64,000 nucleotides of DNA from NCBI GenBank assembly GCA_051294375.1, contig CM119265.1:8812772-8876771 (forward strand), given 5' to 3'. Numbering within the stretch: the first letter of the stretch is position 1; every line of letters starts with the position of its first letter. The notes beneath the pieces are model-generated. The model did not search any database, was not told the origin of the DNA, and saw only the letters and a program-made list of their open reading frames with translations. The position numbers and the translations under genes are program-made. Source of the DNA: Paraspadella gotoi (lineage: Eukaryota > Animalia > Chaetognatha). This document shows, in pieces, positions 10,626 to 22,600 of this stretch.

Positions 10626-13600
10626 ATGGCCAAGGATTCTAAGCACGAGCACCCCCTCGTCATAGTTAGCGAGGACCATGAAGTGCCTGGTAGTGACGAA
10701 TCTAAAGTTGAAAAAGGGGGAGGGTTAGCTGAAGCCCTCTACGTGTCCCCCTATCGAGACCGTACTGTTGGACCTATCATCAAGTGAGTTAATTAATTTA
10801 ATTAGATTTTAATAATACGCTCTGATACAGTGTCGAATATTTAGTAATATCGTACTATTTTTAAAGCTTGGTTAACCGCATTGAAAACCATGACATCGGC
10901 GGAGTGAGAAAAATCATCACGCTCCATTTGAACCTGATCAACGAGGGCGACGAAAATGAGGAAACCCCTCTTATGGTTGCCAGTAGATGTGGAGGTAAGT
11001 GATAGTTTATTTAGTTAATTGATCATGTTCACTATAACTACGTGTCTTCTAAATTTTATTTCAGATTTAGAAATCGTTAATTATCTGTTGTCTGTTGGAG
11101 CCGACGTCTTAGCCGATGATGAGGACAGTTGGACTCCCCTTCTCAATGCCGCGAAATATGGCCACGTAGAAGTTGCTCGGACCTTGATTAAGTCGGGAGC
11201 CAAGACTGAGCATAGGTTCGTTATTCTAAGTTTTAAATACCCGGGTCCCGGAAGTTGTTTTCAATATTCGTTCTTTTTTCTTATCAAGTCTTTTATAAAA
11301 ACGGAATGGATAGCTGGATAGGCATTCGGCGATTGTTAAGTAATTTTTAAAAATTTTCGCCTGCAATTTACATTTTTTTAGGGACATGGGCGGCTGGACC
11401 GCGTTGATGTGGGCTGCATACAAGGGTCACACCGAAATGGCGGCGATGCTGCTGGAAAATGGGGCCAAACCTAACGTGAAGGGTCTGTACTTTATCAGTC
11501 CGCTGGCTTGGGCCGCCGGGCGAGGCCATTTGGATATTGTCAGGCGTTTGGTAGAAGGCGGCGCCAGGGTGAACATCATCGACAAATACGGTGCGTCTTG
11601 CGAAAGCCGGTGGAGCTTAAGGCGTAACGCGCTTTGAATCACTTACTACTTCCCGTTGTCTTTACTCATTCCAGGGACGACACCGTTGATTTGGGCGTGT
11701 CGGAACGGCCATGACGCCATCGTCGAGTATCTACTTGCCCACGGAGCTCCCGCCGATTGCGTGGGCATGAGCAACTGGACGGCTTTGCTAATGGCGACCG
11801 AAGGAAAACACGCCAACGTCGTCAAAAAGTTGCTGGCGGTGATCTGAAAACCTTTTCAAGTTTGCGTCGTTAGTTTTTTTGAAAATTAAATGTCTTATTC
11901 TTAACAGTACAGCGTGAATCTGAACGCCCGCAACAAAGACGGAATGACGGCCTTGATGATCGCCGCGAAGGAAGGCTGCGTCGCCATCGCTGCCGACCTT
12001 CTCAAAAAAGGCGCCTACATCAACGTCCACGACCAAAAAGGCGAAACGCCGCTCATTTACGCCTCCAAGGGTTCGTCGCGTCCGCTAATAGATTAGGGAA
12101 AAGGTTTTTACAGAAAATTTCAAGCTAACCAATCCTCTTCGTTTATGCCATCGACAGGCGGTCACACGGAGATCGTAAAAGCGCTTATCGACAAATTCGC
12201 CGACGTCAATTTATCCGACGAGGAAAACAGAACTGCCCTCTATTGGGCCGTCGACAAGAATTTACCGGATATCGTTCGGTATCTTGTTCACGCCAACGCA
12301 AACTTGGACACTCAGAATGTGGACGGTAATTGCCATTTCACTTTTTAGTTGCTCACCTCTTTTATCGCTTTAATTTCGCATGCATATAACATTTTTAATT
12401 TAGAAAATTCAAAAGTCGTAAGCCAAACAAAGCCTAAATTATCAAAAAATGAAGTTTTGTTCGTGAAAAAAGCTTACATGGTGACAATTTTACAAGCGCC
12501 GGTAAAAAAACCCTGTCATTTGCAAATCAGTGGTTAATTTCATTGATTTTAAAAATTAGTTGAGTAGAAAATATTGATCAGTTTAGATATGCCGTGACAA
12601 TGAGTGGAGAAAGTTGGCTTAATTAATTTAAAGCTGGGCCAGTTAAATTTTATACTACAGCATTTGTAAGTACGTCATTCTATTTAGATTTGAAAGGGCT
12701 TTCAGAAAATAATAATATTAATATTATTTTATTTCAAATGTCTTCAGAAAACTTACTGAAAGTAAGAGAAAAAAATTGAGTCTAAAAAATGAGTTGGAAA
12801 ATGAAACATAATTTTACAAGCCAACTTTCTCCACTCACTGTCAAGGCATTAACTGATCAATATAAAATTTTAACATATAAATTATTTTAATATTTTCTAC
12901 TCAACTAATTGTTAAAATCAATGAAATAACCACTGGTTTGCAAATGACAGCGTTTTTTATCGGCGCTTGTGAAATTGTCACCATGTACCTATCTCCAATT
13001 CGTCTTGTTTCTCGAAGGTGACACGGCCTTAATGCGCGCGGTCCGTAACCGCAACCTCTCCGTAGTGGATCTTCTCGTCACAAGCAAAGCCAAGGTGCAC
13101 ATCGCTGACAAACACGGAGACACGGCGCTGCACATTTCCATCCGCGCTCGCAGCAAAGCGATCACCGAGAGTCTCCTCAGAAATCCCAAGAATAGCAGGC
13201 TGCTTTATCGACCCAACAAAAGTGGCGAGACTCCGTACCAGCTTGACATGAAGGGCCACACCACGTCGGTCTTACAGGTACATGGCGATTGCTAATTACA
13301 TACCAGTGTGAGACTGTGAGTAATTAATATATTTTAAAAAATTCAACCTTTTCCTTAAACAGGTCATCTTCGGCGCCCGCTTCTTAAACCCCCAACTGTC
13401 GGCCAGCATGGCCGGGTTCGATATCTACAGCAACGCATTGGCCGATATTCTCAGCGAACCCACGCTTTCGACACCCATAACCGTCGGACTCTACGCTAAG
13501 TGGGGATCGGGAAAATCTTTCTTGCTCAGGTTCGTTGAGGGAAGAGAAATAAATTCAGTGAAAAGCTAACTCAAACTTGGCTGTCTTTAATTTTTTGTCA

Positions 13601-16600
13601 GTCGCCTGGAGGATGATCTCCGCGCATTCGCCCATCAAACTCCGGATCCGCTGCTGGAGATGTCGCCTCTCGTCTTCTTCCTCATCCTTCTTCCTTCGCT
13701 CGTCTTCGGCCTTCTGCTCGGTTTTGGAGTTTTTTGCTGGTGAGTTAGAAAAAAATGATGGTTTCAATTTTGGACTAAATAGTAAATAACGTATACTATG
13801 GTGGACTAAAATCCACCAACCGTTCATCAGCGGCCATTGGTGCCGGAGGCAAGTCATTCGCCTCCCAATCCAAAGGTCCGGGGTTCTAGCCCGGTGGCCG
13901 CCTAGCAGTTAAGAGGGACGGGGCGCTTAACCCGCCTGTAACATAGTGTTACAGCCTGATCCGAAGCTCAGGGACTGCTTATATTGAACGGTTCTGTGAC
14001 TAACACATAACAATAATTACTGTCTCTTCAATACATTACTTTTTCGTAGGTTTTGGGGCGTTGTGGCCGGTGTCGGTCTTTTTTTTCTCTGTCATCTTGT
14101 CTTTGCCGTCGTGTGGTTCGGTTGTACTCGTTACGATTGGGACTGGGCCTACGACTCCAGCGTTTTTCTGGCAAAAAGGTTTTTTTTATAATTGTTTTTA
14201 TTTGTGATTTGTATTTTTTATAGATTTTTTTTCCTTTTGAATAAACTAATTTCAACTACTGTTTGCTTATAGAGTGAACCGATTCTGGCTTCTTCTACGG
14301 GTCTTGTTTTTTCACCCTCCCGTTGTCTTGGATCAAGACAGCAGCTCTGGTCGCAACAGCACCACGAAGGTATTAATGCCTGCCGAAGTCGCTGGTTTTA
14401 CAGTATGTTCTATTAAGAGAAAACGGTTTTTTTTTGTTGCAAACATCGATTTCTTTGTCAACAAATAAAACTTTTTCTCCTAATCATTAATGCAACGAAA
14501 AGAAAATCGAAACACAGTATCTTCTTTTTAATTTACCATCTTTATTAGATGGGCTCACGTGTTAAATTCATTTTTACCGACTACACTCGTCTCACGAGCC
14601 TTGGAGGTGAAACTTCATTTACAATGATGCTCGCCACTCTCTGCCGCGCAGTTGAGAAGGTAAATATTTTGTTTTATGGTAGTACGTAGTAGTTTTTGGA
14701 CGTCACTGAAATTCGTGCCTCACTCCTACTCAGACATGAATAAGAATTTAATGTAGGCATTCACGAGCGTAATAATTTTAAGATTAGTATATATATATGT
14801 AATAATTATGTGTATATATATAGTATAGTGTAATGTAGTATAATTTTCTGTGGCAAAGGGAAAGGGAAGCGAGATTCTAATCAAACCCAAAATGTCAAGC
14901 TCATATGTTTCCGGGTTTCATTCATCTGTGATGCGAGACTCGATCGATAAAAAGCATGAATCTTAACCAAGCCAAATCCAAATCAAGCGTCTCCAAATGA
15001 TTCGCTTATTCAACGTGCCTAACCTCCATTTCCCGCTTTTCGAAAACGGAAGGAATACGGAACGCTCACCTCCCGCTTGTACCCTGTCGTCCGGACCAAT
15101 CAGAGTTCGGCGGTGGCGCGATCCAAATCCTTTTGCTGCGTCCCGACATACTTCTTTTTTTTTCTCTTCCTCGCATCGCTCTTGATTGCCGTCTGCCTCT
15201 TTTGCTTTAGAATCAATCTGCATAACAAGTTAGTATGATTATCATTAGTCGTCGTTAAGTTTGGAAACAATTTTAAACTGTTATGGTTAATTGTTTAGTA
15301 AAATGATCGTGGGTTCTGTTCCGGGGTCTGAGGATAAATCATCTTCCGAGGAAGACGACGACGACCTAGATGACGATGAAATGTCCCGGTCCTCGATAGA
15401 TAGATGGCCTTGGTACGACACGACATTAGTGACACTGGCGTCTTTGCTTCTGGCGGCGCTGCTGGCGACGGTTCCCAAGTGGTGGCGTCTTCTGTTGGCC
15501 GTCTTTTCCTCCCCGCGGCGGCGAATCCTCAAGTCTTCCTCAAATCTAGATTCAACCAAGATGGAAGGATTTATGCAGGTGCACATTATATGACGATATT
15601 ATATTATATTATATACGCAAAATGACAAAATAATGTCGTCGCCCTCGTTACTTTTAACTGCTCAGGTTTTGAAATTTTTTTAAGTTTTCTAATATTTTCA
15701 GTATATTTCTGGATTTGAATTTTTTTTATGATGTCATCATCATGAAAATGCTGCGACTTTCCAATATATATTGTATAATTAATATATAGTTTATATATAT
15801 ATATATCTACATATAGACCAGTGCAAAAAAAATGACACACTAAAATATTGCCCAAATAAAATTTGTTAGATTTTTTTATTATGAAAAATATAATAGGTTA
15901 ATAAACTTTATGGAAAAAGGAAGCATTGGTTCAAATTTGGTTCAAATTTAGCAATCCATTTGTGAACAATAGTTTTTTAAAAGTAACTATTCAAACAAAG
16001 CAGAAAAAGTTTACATATTTTAACATTTTGTGTTTAGGGTACCGTATTTCTGGAATGATTAAATCGATTTTTTTTAACTTACACATATTCTCTTTTGAAA
16101 ATCAACTCTTTCTCTGCCAAATTTTTTATGAAACATGAATACAACGCCCAAAAATCAAAGCTGAACGGCATCCTCGGTTATTTTGTATCTTCAAAAATGT
16201 TTCTCCCCCCCCCGAGTATTCTTAACCAACTTGTCCTTCGCGTAACTATACAGTACCGGTCTTGGCTTTCCTTCATAAGTCCAGGGAAGCATATATCTTC
16301 TATAATAATGAATGGAATGACTTGATATGCATGTGTGGAATGGAACTCGTATGGTCTATTCCCCATTCTATATTTCAAAAAAAAATTTTGAAGTTTTGTT
16401 TTGAGCATTATTTTTAAACAAAAATTTAATTTGCATACTCTGCTCAAAATACTTGAACGATATAATTTTTTTTCTCACTAAAAATTAATCTAACATTACT
16501 TGGTCTAATGGTAAAGTGTTAGACTGAATAAAAATTTTTTTTATAATTTATGCATAGTTGCTAATTATAATAATTAGCTTATTATTTATTTTTTATTTAT

Positions 16601-19600
16601 AAGTTCAACTTTTTATTATAGAAATTAATAGTTGATTGATAGGCAATTTTATTCCTGTAATCAAATTATAATTTTTTTTATATTAACTAAATAGTGATTT
16701 TTAATATATTACTACAAAATATGATTTTTTGATAAATAATATTTTTTTTAAAAAAAATTTATGCCAAACTATTGGTGAAATGTTACTGATTACAAATATA
16801 TAAAAATTTTTAAATTTGGATAACCCATGAAAGAAATACAGACCAAAAAAGCCCTAAAAATGCTTAAAAACACCTATTTTTAAACCTTTCTAAAAACTGC
16901 AAATACGCGAATTTTCAACTCAAATTTTGTAAGGTATATTAGAATTAGTAGTATTTATTGCCTGAAAAAATCAAAGACGTAGTAATATTTTTACCTAATT
17001 ATACAGATTTAATAGTGAGACGCCTAAGAAATTCAGGTAATTTTAAATTTTGCTGAGGTTGTCTAAGTTTTCTCGTATTTTTTTCTATCTCTCTGTTTAT
17101 TTCTTCTTTTATTACCTCTCCCTTTCTTTCCTTCATTCGCTTTCTCTCTCTCTCTCACTCTCCCTATCTTTCTCTCTCTATGATTCTCTCTCTCTTTTGC
17201 TCTGTCACTTTTTTTCTGTCAGTTGAACTTTGACTCGTGAGAGACTGTGCTATGATTAGGCTGAATTTATTTATTCTTCCTTTAAGATTTTTACCATCTG
17301 TACAGGCCATCTGTTCAGGGAGTCAGACTGTCTCGTGCTGTCCGCATGACCATAACTGGTTTTCAAGAGGTATTAGAGAAGCAATTTACATCAAAGCTCT
17401 CGAGCCCTCTTTGAACCGTGATGGAGGACGATTCGACCTCCCTCCAAGCTATGATACGCTTATCAAAAGCATGGTGGAGGCCCCGCACGGTGCTCAGAAC
17501 CTCCAGGAAAAAAAATTTTCAAAATCTGAGTTGAAAAAGTCAGTCAGCGATTTCGATTTTAATTAGGTTAACTGATAAGTAGATGGTCTTGCGGGCTTTT
17601 GACGCAGAAAGGATCGCTAAAACTTCGTAACCTTCTTTCTTTTCTTTTTACCTTTTCTTTTACTTCTCTAAAAATAAATTATTTTTTTATTTGGGCCCAA
17701 CTGCCATTCTGTATACTATGGTAACTATTGCCATAAAATTGATACGGCGTTCGAAGCCTGATTGTCTTCCCTCTTGGATATGTTGCCATTAAGGGAACAA
17801 ATGTTTATTTTTTCACAAGTGTAAGAGTAATATAATTTTTTCTTAACTTCTTCATTGTATTTTAACATGAAAATTTTAAACAAAAACATTTTTTTTACTT
17901 TATGATCACTTCGTTTAGACCAGGTTTATCACTATGCTGGTAATATCTATAGGTTTTATTAGATAAAGGAAGGTTTAATTAAGTCTGTGTTTTGATGCGA
18001 TTATTAGCGATTTTTAATTAAGAGAATTTGATTTTTCAAATCAAGTTATTACCAACCACAGGACATTTCGCGCAAAATATATAAGAAATTAACGTACGTT
18101 GTAAGAAATTAAAATTTTTCTGACAGTTACCCGTTTAAACAGGTTTATTATATTTAAAAAATTGATTAATGAGTTTTATTATGTTAGTAATCGGTTTTTG
18201 GCTAATTATGGTTGTTGCGGTTTTTTTGCGTTTGAGTTTTAGAAGGAATATTTACCCTTACCAAGTTGACATGTCAATCATCAAAAAAATAACAAAGAAA
18301 GAAACTAGGTTATTATCAAGATTTATTCTATTATTCTTGACTTCTTGTATTCGTTTACCAGGTTTATCTGAAGCTAAATATCATTGTCAGGTTTAAACAG
18401 GTAGCATAAGGTTCTAGTTAATAACTGGTTTAATGCGGATTTTAGACGATTTTGTATTTTAAGGAAGAAACAAGCCTTACCAATGAAACTTCTCAATTCC
18501 AAGAAAATAAACAAGAAAGAACTAGGATTTTTATTTCTTTCCTCTTTCTATCTGTGACAAATTCGTTTACGAAGGCTTTTTGTTATTAAAAAAAATATAT
18601 TCATCTTTAAAAAGCTGGCCTGAGATTACAGTGATATATAGGGGTTAAACGGATTTTCATTATTTTCAAGTTTTAATGGGAGAAAGATTCATCCAGTAAA
18701 ACCCATTAAGACCTCCTAGATTATCAAGTTTTGCTCAAACTTGTTTTTATATTTCCAACTGTTTTGGGGATATTTGTTGTCTTGTTATCTTGTCTTGTCT
18801 AATATCCATATCCTCTTTGTCGTCATTTTAATCAAATCAATCAAATCAATCAACATAAGACTTAATAAAAAAACTTATATATTCTGAAGAGAGAGAGAAG
18901 AGAGAGAGAAAAGAAAGAAGTGAGAGAGAAAGAGAGAGAGAGAGTGAAGAGAAAGGCACGGAGACTGACGGAGATCGGCGACAGAGGACGATGTCGACGC
19001 GACTGACCGATCGCCCGGACCATGGGGTAACCTACGACTCTCTCTATATTTCTCTAGGAAAAGCTCTGACAGACTAACTTCAGTCACTTTTATTACGATT
19101 CTTACGATTTTCTCTGGAATATCAGACTATTTTCTTATCACTTTTCTAAGGGCACGCGTTATTTTTCTTCGGAGATTTCTGTTTCATTTACGTGGATTTT
19201 CTTCTGATTTATATTTTTATTACATTTTTTTTACATTTTACGATTCGACCTTTTTATTATTTGGGTTTGCTTTTGAGAGATCTCCAGTATTATACGACTC
19301 GGGAGTGCTTGTCAGATGCAGTTTGAGCCTCCCTCACGACGAGCCATTCCTACCGCTGTGACGCGGGAGAGGACAAGTCTTCTCACAGAGAGAAGAGAGA
19401 GAGGAAAGAAAGGACAGAGAGAGAGAAAAAATACAGTTCAAATGCATTACCGTGACAATTTTTTTTTACCAAATTGATTACTCTTTTCTTAATTATTAAT
19501 TAATTTACTTTTAATTATTTAATTAATTATCCTGATCTTTGTGTCAGTCTATCTGTGTCTTTTTAAAAAGGAGTTATCTTGAGAAATGAGGGAAACCACC

Positions 19601-22600
19601 TAATTGACCAAGCAAAATATACAAAATTGTATATGCCATAATTGCTAGTTTAGGAACATATTCTTTAAAATATATTATAATATAAATTTAAAAAGAAAAC
19701 AAAAAAATTTCTTAAAAATATGTAATTAATATGTATCAATTTTAATAATTATATAAAGTTTTGATTGATCATTATATAATTAAAAAGCAAAATAAAAAAA
19801 CAATTTAGAAATTTTTTTAGTCTAGACTAATTCATCAAATTGGTGACACAAATCGGAGGGTGGGCGGTGGAGATGTTGGCGCGATTTAATAATCAGGCAG
19901 ATGATGATAAGAGATAGCGCGGAGCGGAGGAGAGAGACAGAGAGCGTTACACTGGAGGTCTTTTTGAAAATCACATGTGTGTAGGAGATAGGCGGACGAG
20001 GAAGGAGCAGGGCGTTAACCTGGGAGGTCTTTTTGAAAAATCAGGCATGTGTAGGAGATAGCGGAACGGAGGAAGAGCAGGGCGTTACCTGGAGGCTTTT
20101 TGAAAAATCAGCAGTGATGTAGGAGAATAGGCGGACGGAGGAAGGAGCAGGCGTTAACCTGGGGGTCTTTTTTGAAAAAATCAGGCAGTGTGTAGCGAAT
20201 AGTGCGGAACGGAGGAAAGGAGCAGCGGGCTGTTAACCTGGAGTTCTTTTTGAAAAATCAGGCAGTGTGTAGGAAATAGGCGGACTGGAGGAAGGAGCCA
20301 GGGCGTAACCTGGAGTCTTTTTTGAAAATGAATCAGGCAGTGTGGCCCCGCCGCCCACCGAGACGCCCGCACAATGATTCCCTATCTATACTCAACGAGA
20401 CAGGCGGAGACCCTTGCGCAGGCAATGGACAAACGATTCCACTCCCTCAAATGAAGCAACTCAGCCCCTCCTCTGTGGACTGAGCGTCGCCCAAAACGGA
20501 CAGCTTCAGGAGGAGGGAGAGGAGTCCGTCACTCCTGTCGCAAAAGCGGCAAAGAACGGACAGCCGCCCGCCTCGCCAACTAGGCGAGAACAGGGCAGTC
20601 GGAGGCGAAATCAGGCCAGAGAGATATAAGAGTGGCCTTGGGGATCTTTCCTCCTGGTACAATCCCAATGCGGTATTACTGGTTCAATCCACTCTCCTCT
20701 CAACCATTGACGCGCCAATGACTCATCACCTTCGTCAATGTCCTTCATTTGCATAAACCACAAACCGTTCAATATAAGCAGTCCCTTAGCTTCGGATCAG
20801 GCTGTAACACCCATGTTACAGGCGGGTAAGCGCCCCTCCCTCTTAACTGCTAGGCGACCACCGGCTAGAACCCGACCTTTGGGTTGGGAGGCGAATGACT
20901 TGCCTCCGGCACCAATGGCGCTGATGAACGTTGTGGATTTTAGTCCACCATAATACAAAAAGCTAATCTGCTGATAAATCACGAATAATTCTTTCTGACT
21001 TTCAATTGTGATCTAAACAGATCATAACAAATCATAACAAATCATGACAGACTTTTTTATAAATTTTATGAAAAAATAGCTAATATATCAATTGATCAAT
21101 CAATACCAGTTGTTGAGCCAATACCAACTTGCATAATTTTGGTCAACTTGCGTAATTTGGTTCAAACTAGAATAATTTAGTCAACTGGCATAATGTAGTT
21201 AACTTGCTATATTGGTCAACTTGCATAATTCCTGGTCAACTTGCATAATTTGGTCAACTTGATAATGTTAAACTGGATAATTTTGGTAACTTGCATAATT
21301 CGGCGTAGATGTTTGTCTGGAAAAGTCCGCAAGTCAAAGACAGCCATCTTTCCAAACTTCAATACACAGACATTACATAAAATATGCTACATATACTTTG
21401 TGATTCATGACCGTAGTTTTTGCGTGGTCATGTGACTACACATTGTACACAAGTATGAAAAACATGCACAAGAAGCATAGTTAAATTAGTTAAGTCTTAC
21501 AGTTTGCCAAGTATTAACTTAAATAACTTTCTTAGCCCTTGTATTCATGACACATTCTTTATTGTTTTTGTATTTGCGGCGCAACTAAAAAAAATCTCTA
21601 ACTATGCATTAAAAGAGATAAGAAAAATTAAAAATTTGTGTCAGCCTAAATAACAGTTAGTACAAATAGATATTTTTATTTTTATTTGGCTTGCCGCCCA
21701 GGCTTATTTACCAGGCTAATCTAGCGCTCTGGCTCATGGTGTCTTTTCTTCGGATCTGCTTATAAGCAGATCCGACTCTATAATTCACCTTTTCGGTCCG
21801 TCGGTCCGCCCTCTCAATCTTGTCGGGCATTCACTTGTATCATGTCAGAACATTGAATTATGATAAATTATGGAAAAAAAACGATGTTTGTCCGTCGGTC
21901 TGTCTGTCTGTCCGTCCCACCTTAGCAAAAAACTCTAATTGCTCGTGATGGATTTGATGGATTGGAAAGAAATTTTGTGTGGGTAGGGAAGTGTGTGATT
22001 AAGCTGGATTTGAAGTTTCCATGGAATCGTGCGAGTGGAAATGAGTTTAAATGGAAAAAACCAAAAAAATATATTTCACTGTTTGAGCATCTATTACTCA
22101 TGAGTGGACTGGGCGATTGACTTGAAATTTTTTATGTGGGTAAGAAAGTGTGTGATTAAGCTGGAAATCAGGTTTCGGTGGAATCGTCTTCATGGAAATG
22201 AGTTTAAATAGAAAAAACAAAAAACCTTGTTCACTAATTGATTATGCTTCTTTTTTCTTTTTATATTAAATGTAAATGCAAGATGTATTAATTAGTCAAA
22301 TAATTAATCAGTTAATTCATCAATTAGTTAATTAATTATTAAATAAATTAAATTAATAAATAATTAATAATCAATCATTTATTCAATCATAAATTCTTTA
22401 GTTATCTATTAATTAATTATTCAATAATCAATTTATTTATAATGAATTAATTATTTAATCAATCAATAAATTAATTTATTAATTAAATTATTATTTTAGT
22501 TTATATAGTTTGTATTAATTAATTAATTACCGCTAATGATCGTGGGCAGATCCAACATTGTTTGCTCAAACTTGTTCAGATTGACGTATCACTGATCTTA

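Larger units (their letters stand above)
13797..14030 (+). mobile_element. Solo LTR of the TRIM family (intact tRNA-like module and twister motif), sense to Kidins220
   Basis: TATGGTGG...CTCTTCA, flanked by the 4-bp duplication ATAC (13793-13796 / 14031-14034). Confidence 0.92.

Noticed and set aside
13830-13902. Functional tRNA-Gly(CCC) gene
   Set aside because: The anticodon stem cannot pair, the D-arm is atypical, and every copy lies inside an LTR.
14963-15586. Nested minus-strand gene in a Kidins220 intron
   Set aside because: These ORFs are antisense shadows of Kidins220 TM-region exons on the + strand.
19890-20345. 72-bp array as a CRISPR or small-RNA gene array
   Set aside because: The units are contiguous with no spacers, and I see no recognisable RNA gene or promoter boxes.
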